Shown one piece after another: positions 27,796 through 36,507 of a stretch of 64,000 nt of DNA (the first letter of the stretch is position 1; the number at the start of each line of letters is the position of its first letter). The stretch is taken from assembly GCA_965216445.1 (NCBI GenBank), contig OZ244166.1, positions 1,175,515 through 1,239,514 on the forward strand, given 5' to 3'. Made by a program: the position numbers and the translations under genes. Origin of the DNA: Acidimicrobiia bacterium (GTDB taxonomy: Bacteria > Actinomycetota > Acidimicrobiia > Spongiisociales > ZC4RG35). The notes below the pieces were generated by a model. It did no database searches, had not been told where the DNA came from, and saw only the letters and a list, made by a program, of their open reading frames with translations.

Positions 27796-28463
27796 ATCCG
27801 ATACTCGCCCAGTCGGACGAGCTGATCGAGTGGTCCTGGATCCAGCGGAACATGGATCAGATCATCGAACGGACATGGGAACACCTGACTTTGACCGGGA
27901 TCTCGGTGGTAGTCGGTCTGGTTCTGTCGGTGGGCCTCGCCATGGTCGCATTGCGATGGCGCTGGACCTATCAGCCAATCACGGGTGTGACAGGTCTGCT
28001 CTACACAATTCCCTCACTGGCCCTCTTTGCGTTGTTGGTGCCATTCACCGGGTTGACTCAGTTGACCGCGGTGATTGCGCTCACTTCTTATACGTTGCTG
28101 ATCCTGATTCGGAACATCGTGGCAGGAATCGATGGCGTCCCCGCGTCGGTCAAGGAGGCAGCAGACGGAATGGGCTACACCCGTCGGGCCCGGTTCTGGC
28201 GGATGGAGGTGCCGCTGGCGCTGCCAGTGATCGTCGCAGGGGTGAGGATCGCCACCGTCACAACAGTGGGGCTGGTCACTGTGACGGCGGTGATCGGTTT
28301 GGGGGGATATGGCTTCTTCATCCTTCGTGGCCTCAACACTTTCTTCTGGACGCAGCTGATTGTCGGTGTTGTGCTCTCTGTGGTCCTGGCCACCATCCTC
28401 GACTTCACCTTCATTGGCCTGCAGCGTTGGCTCAGTCCCTGGGCCGGGAGTGAACGCTCATGA
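27792..28463 (+). CDS. osmoprotectant ABC transporter permease (OpuCB-like)
   Basis: 223 aa polytopic permease. ATGA overlap with the ATPase gene. Confidence 0.8.
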   Translation: MNPILAQSDELIEWSWIQRNMDQIIERTWEHLTLTGISVVVGLVLSVGLAMVALRWRWTYQPITGVTGLLYTIPSLALFALLVPFTGLTQLTAVIALTSYTLLILIRNIVAGIDGVPASVKEAADGMGYTRRARFWRMEVPLALPVIVAGVRIATVTTVGLVTVTAVIGLGGYGFFILRGLNTFFWTQLIVGVVLSVVLATILDFTFIGLQRWLSPWAGSERS

Positions 28464-29149
28464 GCGTTTGGGAGGAGTTCATCGAGTTCGTGACAGATCC
28501 ATCGCTGTGGTCCGGTCCCGGCTCCCTGTGGACGAGGTTGTTCGAGCACATCTGGGTTTCTGTCGCAGCAACCGTCATCGCCATGCTGTTGGTGTTCCCG
28601 TTGGCGCTTTACCTGGGGCACATCAGGAAGGGTTCGAACCTCGCCACAGCGGTGGTCAACATCGGACGAGCCATCCCTTCCTTTGGGATTCTGGCCATTG
28701 CCTTTCTCGTCCTCGTCCAGCTTGGCGTCCCTTTCGTGGACAAGCCGTGGACTGTCCTGGTGGCTCTAATCGCCCTTGCTGCGCCTCCCGTTTTCACAAA
28801 TACGATTGCGGGTGTTCAAAGCGTGGAACCTTCGATGATCGAGGCAGCGCGGGGTATGGGGTTGACCGAGCGGGAGGTCCTCTTCGACATAGAGCTACCG
28901 CTGGCGATGCCGCTTGTCCTCGAGGGGATCCGGATCGCTTTTGTGCAAGTCATTGCCACAGCCACGCTCGGCGCTCTTGTCGCCTGGGGAGGTTTGGGCA
29001 GGTATATCGTCGACGGGTTTGCAGTACAAGACAACGGCGAAGTTCTGTTTGGAGCGATTGTTGTCGGGCTCCTCGCGATAGCGGCCGAGTTGGGCTTCGG
29101 AATCGCCGGGAGAGTTGTCACTCCGAAGGGTCTCCAGAATGCCCGATAA
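28460..29149 (+). CDS. osmoprotectant ABC transporter permease (OpuCD-like)
   Basis: 229 aa polytopic permease. ATGA overlap with the preceding permease. Confidence 0.8.
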   Translation: MSVWEEFIEFVTDPSLWSGPGSLWTRLFEHIWVSVAATVIAMLLVFPLALYLGHIRKGSNLATAVVNIGRAIPSFGILAIAFLVLVQLGVPFVDKPWTVLVALIALAAPPVFTNTIAGVQSVEPSMIEAARGMGLTEREVLFDIELPLAMPLVLEGIRIAFVQVIATATLGALVAWGGLGRYIVDGFAVQDNGEVLFGAIVVGLLAIAAELGFGIAGRVVTPKGLQNAR

Positions 29150-29259
29150 CCGGGAATCTCGGCAACCGGCATAAGGTTGTCAGTACCGACACCCATACAA
29201 ACGGTCGCTTTTGCGACTTTGTGTGGGTTGTTTAGCTAGCAATAGATAAGGAGAAACCC

Positions 29260-30171
29260 ATGCGGAAACCCATCCGCAAACGCACCTTCGGGGCGATCCT
29301 GGCGTTGTCGCTTGTAGTGGCCGCCTGTGGGTCGGGTGATGGTGCAACCGACGGCGATCCAATCGTGGTTTCGTCGTTTGCATTCAACGAATCAGTAATC
29401 GTCGCGGAGATCTATGCCCAGGCTCTCGAAGCCGAAGGGTATTCGGTCGAGCGAAAGATGAACCTTGGAAACCGTGAAGTCGTCAAACCGGCACTCGAGT
29501 CAGGCGAGATCGATCTCGTTCCTGAATACGTTGGGACTATTGCGTCCTTCCTTGGTGAGACACCAACCGCAGACTCGGAGTCGACGTGGAGCGCAGCCAA
29601 AACCGCGTTCGAGGCGAGTGGGGTGACACTCCTGCAGTACAGCCCAGCCCAGGACAAGAACGCTTACGTCGTCACGGCCGAGACAGCCGCCGAGTACAAC
29701 CTGACCACCGTCTCAGACCTGCAACCGGTTGCTGGCGAGTTGGTATTCGGCGGTCCGCCCGAGTGTCCGGAACGTGAGTTCTGTCTGCTCGGTTTGACCG
29801 ATGTATACGGTCTGACCTTCGCTGACTTCCAACCACTCGACGTTGCCGGCCCGATCACCATCGCTGCTCTCGAAGGTGGCGAAATCGACGTCGCCCTGCT
29901 GTTCTCCACTCAGGGGATCATCGCAGCCAATGGTTGGGTGTCACTGGAAGACGACATGGGGCTCAACCCCGCAGAGAACCTGGTTCCGGCCATCAGAACT
30001 GATGTCCTCGATGAATATGGGGACGCTCTCAAGGACCTTCTCGAGGCGGTTTCAGCCGACCTGACCACGGAAGACCTGACCGAGATGAACAAACGCGCCG
30101 ATCTAGATCAGGAAGATCCCGCAGATCTGGCCAAAGAATGGCTCGAAGCCAACGGACATATCGAAGGCTAA
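29260..30171 (+). CDS. glycine betaine/choline ABC transporter substrate-binding lipoprotein (OpuCC/OsmX-like)
   Basis: Signal peptide with lipobox (LVVAAC). IVAEIYAQALEAEGY and LVPEYVGT motifs of OpuAC-type binding proteins. Confidence 0.8.
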   Translation: MRKPIRKRTFGAILALSLVVAACGSGDGATDGDPIVVSSFAFNESVIVAEIYAQALEAEGYSVERKMNLGNREVVKPALESGEIDLVPEYVGTIASFLGETPTADSESTWSAAKTAFEASGVTLLQYSPAQDKNAYVVTAETAAEYNLTTVSDLQPVAGELVFGGPPECPEREFCLLGLTDVYGLTFADFQPLDVAGPITIAALEGGEIDVALLFSTQGIIAANGWVSLEDDMGLNPAENLVPAIRTDVLDEYGDALKDLLEAVSADLTTEDLTEMNKRADLDQEDPADLAKEWLEANGHIEG

Positions 30172-31484
30172 GAACCTGCTGATGCAAGGGGGGAACTCCC
30201 CCCTTGCACGGCAACTTCCATCTGCACTTCTCTAACCCGGCGTCGGTCCATCCGGCGGACGGTCATCCGGTAGTTGTCGCCGACCACGACGTCGCCGTGT
30301 CTCGGTATCCGGCCGAGTTCGGACATGATGAATCCTCCCACCGTCTCGTAGGGTCCGTCGTCGAGCTTGATATCCAGCCCTTCGAGACGGTCGGGGCGAC
30401 AGCTCCCCGCGACCAAGTAGCGATTCCTCCCTGCCGGTCTCACCTCCATGACCTCGCGAATATCGTGTTCGTCCCGGATCTCTCCAACCAGTTCCTCGGC
30501 AATGTCCTCGAGTGTTATCAATCCAGCCGTTGAACCGTGTTCGTCAATCGCAACTGCGACGTGGGTACGGCTGTCCCGCATCATCTCCATCACCGGGGCG
30601 ATGGACATCGTCTCAGGCACAATCGGAACATCACGTATCAGATGGGTTGCGATGCTTTGGTGACGAGTTCCCTCGTCGATTGTGAGCAGGTCTTTAACGT
30701 GGATGAAGCCCCTGACGTCATCGAGCGTCTCCCCATACACCGGGACGCGGGAATGGCCCGTGGCCATCATGGTTCGTTCGACATCCGCAACGGTCGTGTC
30801 GACTGGCACAGCCACCAGGTCGGGCCGAGGTGCCATCACTTCCGAAACTGAAGTTTCGCTGAAAGAGACGGCTGCCGACAGGAGTTGGGACGAGCTGGCA
30901 TCTATGGCGCCCGTGGCCCCGACTGTTTGAACCAGGTTTGCGATGTCTTCTGCCGAGTGCACCGTCTCGACTGACTGGGCTGTCGTAACTCCGAAGAGTC
31001 GCAACAGGCCGAGAGCGATCCACGTCAGGGCAGCGACCAGGGGTCTCAGCACGGTGATGAACAGTTTGAAAGGGCCAGCGACGAACAGCGCCACGCGCTC
31101 CGGGTCGGTGATGGTCGCGTTCTTCGGCGCCATCTCACCAAAAACGTTGTGCAGGAAGCTGGCAATCAGCAGCGCAAGCGCCACTGAGACTGTTGCTGAG
31201 ACACCCGTTGGCATTCCTGCAGAATCGAAAACATCTTCGAGAAGGTGTCCGATGCTCGGCTCCATCACGCTTCCCAGGGCAAGCGATGCGGCGGCAACTC
31301 CGAGCTGTGCGCCGGCGAAGGTGATCGGGAGCTCATCCATAGAGGAAAGGGCATAGCGCGCGAACCTGTTTCCACCCTCGGCATACTCCTCGATCACGTG
31401 GCGTCTCGAGGCGGTGTAGGCGAATTCCACGGCGACGAAGAACCCGTTCACAATGATCAAAGCGATCGCAAGGACAAAGATCAC
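30168..31484 (-). CDS. CNNM/CorC family transporter (DUF21-CBS pair-CorC_HlyC)
   Basis: N-terminal DUF21 TM region (NGFFVAVEFAY), CBS pair, C-terminal transporter-associated domain. 438 aa as called. The C-terminus is read through the terminator hairpin and may be shorter. Confidence 0.8.
   Translation of the reverse strand: MIFVLAIALIIVNGFFVAVEFAYTASRRHVIEEYAEGGNRFARYALSSMDELPITFAGAQLGVAAASLALGSVMEPSIGHLLEDVFDSAGMPTGVSATVSVALALLIASFLHNVFGEMAPKNATITDPERVALFVAGPFKLFITVLRPLVAALTWIALGLLRLFGVTTAQSVETVHSAEDIANLVQTVGATGAIDASSSQLLSAAVSFSETSVSEVMAPRPDLVAVPVDTTVADVERTMMATGHSRVPVYGETLDDVRGFIHVKDLLTIDEGTRHQSIATHLIRDVPIVPETMSIAPVMEMMRDSRTHVAVAIDEHGSTAGLITLEDIAEELVGEIRDEHDIREVMEVRPAGRNRYLVAGSCRPDRLEGLDIKLDDGPYETVGGFIMSELGRIPRHGDVVVGDNYRMTVRRMDRRRVREVQMEVAVQGGSSPLASAGS
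30184..30207. terminator. strong hairpin, probable bidirectional terminator after the opuC-like operon
   Basis: GCAAGGGGGG-AACT-CCCCCCTTGC, a perfect 10-bp GC-rich stem. It lies within the last codons of the convergent CNNM gene as called (30168..). Confidence 0.45.
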
Positions 31485-32740
31485 TTGACCTGTTCCTCGT
31501 CTGACTTGGCCACTCTCACAGAGTCGACACGGAAACCATCGACGGCGACCACCTCGAACGTCCAGCCGTCGAGTTCAACGGAGTCGCCAACCTCCGGGAT
31601 TCGTTCGAGGTTGGCTGTGATCAATCCGCCAAGTGTTTCATACCGGCCTTCTGGCCACTCGTAGCCGGTCAGCTCCTCGACGGCGTGGCGGTTGAGAAGA
31701 CCAGAGAGCGTGTCTGATCTCTCCTCCAGGGCGGAGCCCTCGGCGTCGTCGTATTCGTCTTCGATCTCGCCAAGGATTTCCTCCAGCAGATCCTCCATCG
31801 TGACGATTCCGGCGGTACCTCCATACTCGTCGGTGACAACTGCGAGGCCGGAACCTTTGGTTCTGAGATCGACCATGAGTGCGTCTAGTGGCTGGGTTTC
31901 GGGCACCACCAAGGCGGGTCTCATGTGGTCGACTACGAGTTCGGATCTTCGGTCCTCATATGGCACCCGGAACACGTCCTTGACGTGAGCGACCCCGAGT
32001 ATCTCGTCGAGGTCTTCCCCGTAAACCGGGAAGCGACTGTGACCCGATTCGACCGCAGAATCGATGAGGTCGGCCACCGTCGCGTCGGCTCCCAAGCCGA
32101 CCACCTGTACCCGTGGAACCATGATGTCGGCGGAGAAGTTCTCAGTAAACGCAATGGATCGGGTGAGAAGTGTGAGTTCGCCGGCGTCGAGTTCACCGTC
32201 GGCGTTAGACGACCGGATGATCAGTTCGATCTCCTCCAAAGACCTAACACCGAGGAGCTCGTCGATCGGTTCAATGCCCAGGAGTCGAACGGTCCTGTTG
32301 GCCGCTGAGTTGAGGAATCGAGTTATCGGACCCAATAGATTGTTGACGAACAACATCGGAACTCCGATTCGCGCCGCCGTCGGGTAGGGATTGGTGATAG
32401 CGACCGTCTTGGGCATGACCTCGCCAAACACGAGCTGCGCTGCAGTACCTAGGGAAAGGGCGAATGCCACTGCGATTGCGGGGATCGTCGCCTCGGATAC
32501 CCCCAGCCTGGTGAGCAGGGGCTCGATCAACGGTCCGAGGGCGGATTCTGCAATCAGACCGAGAAGCAGCGACGAGACAGTGATTCCCAGCTGGGCGCCT
32601 GAGAGGTGAAACGAAAGCTGCTCCAACCCGCCGAGAATACGACCTGCTGTCTTGTCGCCTTCCGAAGCAAGACGATTCACCCTGTGTCGGTCCACAGTGA
32701 CCAGGCCGAACTCGCCAGCGACGAAGAAGGCGTTGATCAA
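31481..32740 (-). CDS. CNNM/CorC family transporter (DUF21-CBS pair-CorC_HlyC), tandem paralog
   Basis: Same architecture as the downstream gene. ATGA overlap. The called start is TTG 32740, but the first TM helix continues upstream in frame (ISTPAGLALVLLLILINAFF) with no canonical start codon before the stop at 32801-32803. Confidence 0.75.
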   Translation of the reverse strand: MINAFFVAGEFGLVTVDRHRVNRLASEGDKTAGRILGGLEQLSFHLSGAQLGITVSSLLLGLIAESALGPLIEPLLTRLGVSEATIPAIAVAFALSLGTAAQLVFGEVMPKTVAITNPYPTAARIGVPMLFVNNLLGPITRFLNSAANRTVRLLGIEPIDELLGVRSLEEIELIIRSSNADGELDAGELTLLTRSIAFTENFSADIMVPRVQVVGLGADATVADLIDSAVESGHSRFPVYGEDLDEILGVAHVKDVFRVPYEDRRSELVVDHMRPALVVPETQPLDALMVDLRTKGSGLAVVTDEYGGTAGIVTMEDLLEEILGEIEDEYDDAEGSALEERSDTLSGLLNRHAVEELTGYEWPEGRYETLGGLITANLERIPEVGDSVELDGWTFEVVAVDGFRVDSVRVAKSDEEQVK

Positions 32741-32905
32741 TATCAGAAGAAGAACGAGTGCCAGCCCGGCGGGGGTACTAATAGGGCAGAACCTCAGGAT
32801 TCACGATGGCGACAGCGTAGCTCGGTCCTGCTGAACGGGCATCCCGCAGGGCTCAGAGAAAACTGTCACAGGCAGGCCGTACCTTTGTCAGCGAAAGGAA
32901 GATCA

Positions 32906-33094
32906 ATGCTTATCGACTGCGCCCAATGTGCCATGCAACACACATCAGCCTGCGATGACTGTGTGGTGAGTGTGCTGTTCCAGGTTGGCCCTGTCGACCT
33001 CTCTGAAGATGAGGTTGCTGCCCTGGACAACCTTGCCGAGAACGGGCTGGTACCACGACTACGTCTCGTGCCGTCGAACCGAAGAGTGTCTTAA
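32906..33094 (+). CDS. small Cys-rich protein (62 aa), hypothetical
   Basis: ATG 32906 preceded by AAAGGAAG RBS. MLIDCAQCAMQHTSACDDC carries CxxC...CxxC spacing suggestive of a zinc ribbon. Confidence 0.35.
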   Translation: MLIDCAQCAMQHTSACDDCVVSVLFQVGPVDLSEDEVAALDNLAENGLVPRLRLVPSNRRVS

Positions 33095-33147
33095 GTCGCA
33101 TCGACCACTCCCTGGAATCGGCCAGGTGTAGCGGTATCCTCTCGTCG

Positions 33148-33444
33148 ATGGTCAAGGTGTACTCAACTCTGCTCGTGGTCGGGTTCCTTGCTGTTGTGGT
33201 CTTGATAATGGGTGGCTCTCTGTTTGAGAACTTGGGGAAGGCTGAACGTGACCCGGGTCATCTGATCGGGCGGCGAGGCGGTATGGCAATTGGTGGTCTG
33301 CTTGGCTTCGCGATGGGTGGGATGGCTGCCGAGTTCTCACCTCTTGACCTGAGTTGGCAAGTTTCGCTTCTGGTTGCCCTTCTTGGCGGGGGCGTCGGGC
33401 TGTTGTGGGTGTGGTACGCATCCACGATCACGCCCGAGAATTGA
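33148..33444 (+). CDS. small membrane protein, hypothetical
   Basis: 98 aa with three hydrophobic Gly-rich segments. Its stop overlaps the next start (TGATG). Confidence 0.35.
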   Translation: MVKVYSTLLVVGFLAVVVLIMGGSLFENLGKAERDPGHLIGRRGGMAIGGLLGFAMGGMAAEFSPLDLSWQVSLLVALLGGGVGLLWVWYASTITPEN

Positions 33445-34208
33445 TGCTGGTCGTTTCAGACGTCCACGGTGCGTTCACAGCACTTGGAGAGGTAGCAAAC
33501 AAGGACACTCTCTTGATTCTCGGCGATCTGGCGAATCTGACCGATTACCGAACGGGGGAGGGGGCGGTGGCGTCAGCGCTCGGCATCGATTTCGCCCGCG
33601 AGGCCGGCGAAGCCAGGGGTCGCGGCTCTTTCGAAGAAATGCGGCGTCTCTGGGCGACGAGAGCTGCTGAGCTCGATGACGTTCGAAACGCAATCAAGTC
33701 TGCGATTGACGCCCAGTACGCGTTGATGGCGGAGGCTCTTGCTGACGGAACAGGGTATGTCATCCATGGGAACGTCGACCGACCGACGCAACTCGTCAAT
33801 GCGCTTCCAGCAGGATTTCGCTACGTCCACGGCGAGCGGATAGAGATTGATGGGGTGGTCTTCGGGTTTGTCGGTGGTGGCGTCGAGACTCCGTTACGTG
33901 CAGAGGGGGAGATATCGGACGAAGAAATGATCGCCCACCTCGCCAATATCGGTCCCGTCGACGTTCTTTGCACACACGTAGCACCCGCGTATGGACCGCT
34001 TCACAACGACGTCGTGACCGGCTACCCCGAGCGGAGCTCGGTTCCGATACTGGAGTACCTGCAGGAGCATCAGCCTTCTCTCCACCTATTCGGCGATGTT
34101 CACCAACCGCAGGCTTCGCGTTGGAGGCTGGGCCGGACCAGGTGTGTCAATGTTGGCTATTTCCGTGCCACCGGACGCCCCTTCCAACTCGATCTGGCCA
34201 CCGTTTAG
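33444..34208 (+). CDS. metallophosphoesterase (calcineurin-like)
   Basis: MLVVSDVHGAF...LILGDLAN...VIHGNVD...CTHVAP are metallophosphoesterase motifs I-V. Start at ATG 33444, not the track start 33354. Confidence 0.65.
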   Translation: MLVVSDVHGAFTALGEVANKDTLLILGDLANLTDYRTGEGAVASALGIDFAREAGEARGRGSFEEMRRLWATRAAELDDVRNAIKSAIDAQYALMAEALADGTGYVIHGNVDRPTQLVNALPAGFRYVHGERIEIDGVVFGFVGGGVETPLRAEGEISDEEMIAHLANIGPVDVLCTHVAPAYGPLHNDVVTGYPERSSVPILEYLQEHQPSLHLFGDVHQPQASRWRLGRTRCVNVGYFRATGRPFQLDLATV

Positions 34209-34242
34209 CCAAAAAGGCCCGGCTAGTCTCCTCAGCAAGATC

Positions 34243-34686
34243 ATGACCGAAGGCACATTCCAAACACTTGAAATCGATGCACCCGCCGAGGTGCTCTACG
34301 ACACCGTCGCCGACATTGCCAGTTATCCAGACTGGGCCACCGGCGTCAAGGAAGTCGAAGTACTCGAGACCGACGACGAGGGCCGCGTCAGCAGGGCCAG
34401 GTTTGTTCTCGAAGGCTTCATCAAAGAGATTGAATACACGCTTCTCTACACACACGACAGACCGAACTCGCTTAGTTGGACTGCAACCGAAAGCGACGAC
34501 GTGAAGATGATGGACGGTTCGTACACGTTCAATCCCGGCGAGTCGGGAACAGAGGTGGTTTACGCCCTCAGCGTGGAGACCAACTTCACAATTCCAGGAT
34601 TCATCAGGCGCCAAGCCGAGCGCCAAATCGTGACGACAGCACTCAAGGGTCTCCGGAAGAGGGTTGCCGAGACCGACTCCCAATGA
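34243..34686 (+). CDS. SRPBCC (START/polyketide cyclase-like) family protein
   Basis: 147 aa from ATG 34243 (MTEGTFQTLEIDAPAEVLYDTVADIASYPDWA...), a typical SRPBCC N-terminus. Confidence 0.6.
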   Translation: MTEGTFQTLEIDAPAEVLYDTVADIASYPDWATGVKEVEVLETDDEGRVSRARFVLEGFIKEIEYTLLYTHDRPNSLSWTATESDDVKMMDGSYTFNPGESGTEVVYALSVETNFTIPGFIRRQAERQIVTTALKGLRKRVAETDSQ

Positions 34687-35861
34687 GGATCATCCTCGTC
34701 ACCGGTAAAGGCGGCGTGGGTAAAACTACAGTTGCCGCAGCCACAGCCTTGGCCGCTGCGGATCGGGGTTACCGGACAATGGTCACCTCTACTGATCCCG
34801 CTCACTCCCTCTCCGACGCACTAACAGTTGCCCTGGGCACCGAGCCAACTTCGGTCGTGGATCGGCTACACGGACAGCAGATCGACACCCAGCGACAGCT
34901 GGACAAGTACTGGGGATCAATTCGGCGCCAACTGATGGATGTCTTGGACTGGGGTGGCGTCGGAGGCATAGAGGCGGAGGAGTTCCTCATCTTCCCAGGA
35001 ATGGATGAGCTGTTCGCTTTGCTCGAGGTGAACTCGCACGCCAGATCCGGACGGTTCGACGTTGTAGTCGTGGACTGTGCCCCGACAGCGGAGACCTTGC
35101 GCCTTCTCTCCTTGCCCGAAGTCTTGTCCTGGTATTTCGACAGGGTCATGCCGACCGAACGCCGGATCATGAAAGCCGCCCGTCCAATCCTGAGCCGGAT
35201 AACCGATCTTCCGCTGCCGCAGGACGAGGTCTTCAGTGCGGCCCAATCGGTTTTTGAGTCCGTTGAGGAGGTCAAGGAGCTCATGTCCTCCCCGGAAGTC
35301 ACATCAGCCCGTCTTGTCGTCAATCCCGAGAAGATGGTCATCGATGAGGCGAGGCGAACCTACAGCTACCTCGGCCTCTTCGGCTATGGCGTCGATGGCG
35401 TTGTGGTGAACAGGGTTCTTCCGGAGAATGTGACCGACCCCTACTTCGAGCGCTGGCGTTCTATTCAAAAGGGCCATCTCGACGTAGTCGATGAGGCTTT
35501 TGCAGACTTGCCGAGGATGCGACTGAGACTCTTCGACGACGAGATGGTGGGAGTCGAGCGGCTGAGACTCCTCGCACAGGAGCTCTACGACGATACCGAT
35601 CCAATTGCGGACTACCACGCCACCAGCCCGTTTCGCATCGTCAGCGAAGACGTCGGTGTCACGATGGAACTCGACGTTCCGTTCGTCGACAAAGCAGATC
35701 TCGATGTGTTCAGGAAAGGCAACGAGCTATACGTCCAACTCGGCCCGTATCGTCGCTCTTTCCTGCTTCCCGACGCCCTGCACCGTCGTGAAGTGACCCG
35801 GGCCAGGCTCGACGGCGGTTTGCTATCAGTTTCCTTCTCTGATCCGGACAGCCCTTCTTGA
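34683..35861 (+). CDS. ArsA/GET3-family ATPase fused to C-terminal HSP20-like domain
   Basis: Start MRIILVTGKGGVGKTT (deviant Walker A of the ArsA/GET3 family), with ATGA overlap to the SRPBCC gene. The C-terminal about 100 aa (VTMELDVPFVDKADLDVFRKGNELYVQLGPYRRSFLLP) form an alpha-crystallin/HSP20-like fold. Confidence 0.8.
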   Translation: MRIILVTGKGGVGKTTVAAATALAAADRGYRTMVTSTDPAHSLSDALTVALGTEPTSVVDRLHGQQIDTQRQLDKYWGSIRRQLMDVLDWGGVGGIEAEEFLIFPGMDELFALLEVNSHARSGRFDVVVVDCAPTAETLRLLSLPEVLSWYFDRVMPTERRIMKAARPILSRITDLPLPQDEVFSAAQSVFESVEEVKELMSSPEVTSARLVVNPEKMVIDEARRTYSYLGLFGYGVDGVVVNRVLPENVTDPYFERWRSIQKGHLDVVDEAFADLPRMRLRLFDDEMVGVERLRLLAQELYDDTDPIADYHATSPFRIVSEDVGVTMELDVPFVDKADLDVFRKGNELYVQLGPYRRSFLLPDALHRREVTRARLDGGLLSVSFSDPDSPS

Positions 35862-36039
35862 GAGACCGTGAAGAAGTCGTTTCCGCCGCCGGACGGGCCG
35901 GGAAACGGGTTCTGATCCATTTGCTCCAAGCCGCTATCGAAGGTGTCAAAGCGGTTGAGGCAGTAATAGACGAATTCGCAAACCTGGGGGAGAATTACGA
36001 TGGCAACGACAAACCCGAGACCGAACGGATTGATGTCGA

Positions 36040-36468
36040 GTGACTGAAGAGAGAAGAGAGAGTGTGCGACCGGACGAGGTAGTGCCGCCGGACCGGTCGA
36101 TTCAGGGTTCGAAGCTGGTCGGCGACGCCGTGCTGATGATTCCCAACATCGTCAAACTGGTCGGACGGCTAATGACCGATCCTCGAGTACCCCGACGCTC
36201 CAAGATCGCTCTCGGGGCTGCAGCCGCCTACGTGGTGAGCCCTATCGATTTGATCCCGGAAGTGATACCAGTGGTGGGATGGGCGGACGATGTCGTTTTC
36301 CTGATGATGGCTCTGGACGGTCTGATCAGTCGATCGGGACCTGAAGTCGTCGAGGAGCATTGGGATGGCCCGGTCGATCTCCTGAGTTTGATCGAAGATG
36401 TCCTTGCTCTGGCCCGATCCGTGGTACCGAAAAGGCTGACGGCGATATTCGATCGGCTGTCGGGTTGA
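36040..36468 (+). CDS. DUF1232 (YkvA-like) membrane protein
   Basis: SPIDLIPEVIPVVGWADDVVFLMMALD is the DUF1232 signature. GTG start. Confidence 0.6.
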   Translation: MTEERRESVRPDEVVPPDRSIQGSKLVGDAVLMIPNIVKLVGRLMTDPRVPRRSKIALGAAAAYVVSPIDLIPEVIPVVGWADDVVFLMMALDGLISRSGPEVVEEHWDGPVDLLSLIEDVLALARSVVPKRLTAIFDRLSG

Positions 36469-36507
36469 CCGGGTCCTAGGGCCTCGGGAAGCTAACTTGA
36501 TGGCCCG

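Noticed and set aside
32741-32905. Possible Mg2+ riboswitch (M-box) leader upstream of the CNNM/CorC genes
   Set aside because: I could not recognise M-box conserved segments by eye. A covariance-model search (RF00380) would be needed.
35858-36043. 61-aa ORF between the ArsA-HSP20 gene and DUF1232 gene
   Set aside because: It could be a real coupled small protein (ATGA and GTGA overlaps). It has no recognisable features and is acidic and hydrophilic. I left it uncalled and mention it only within the operon finding.
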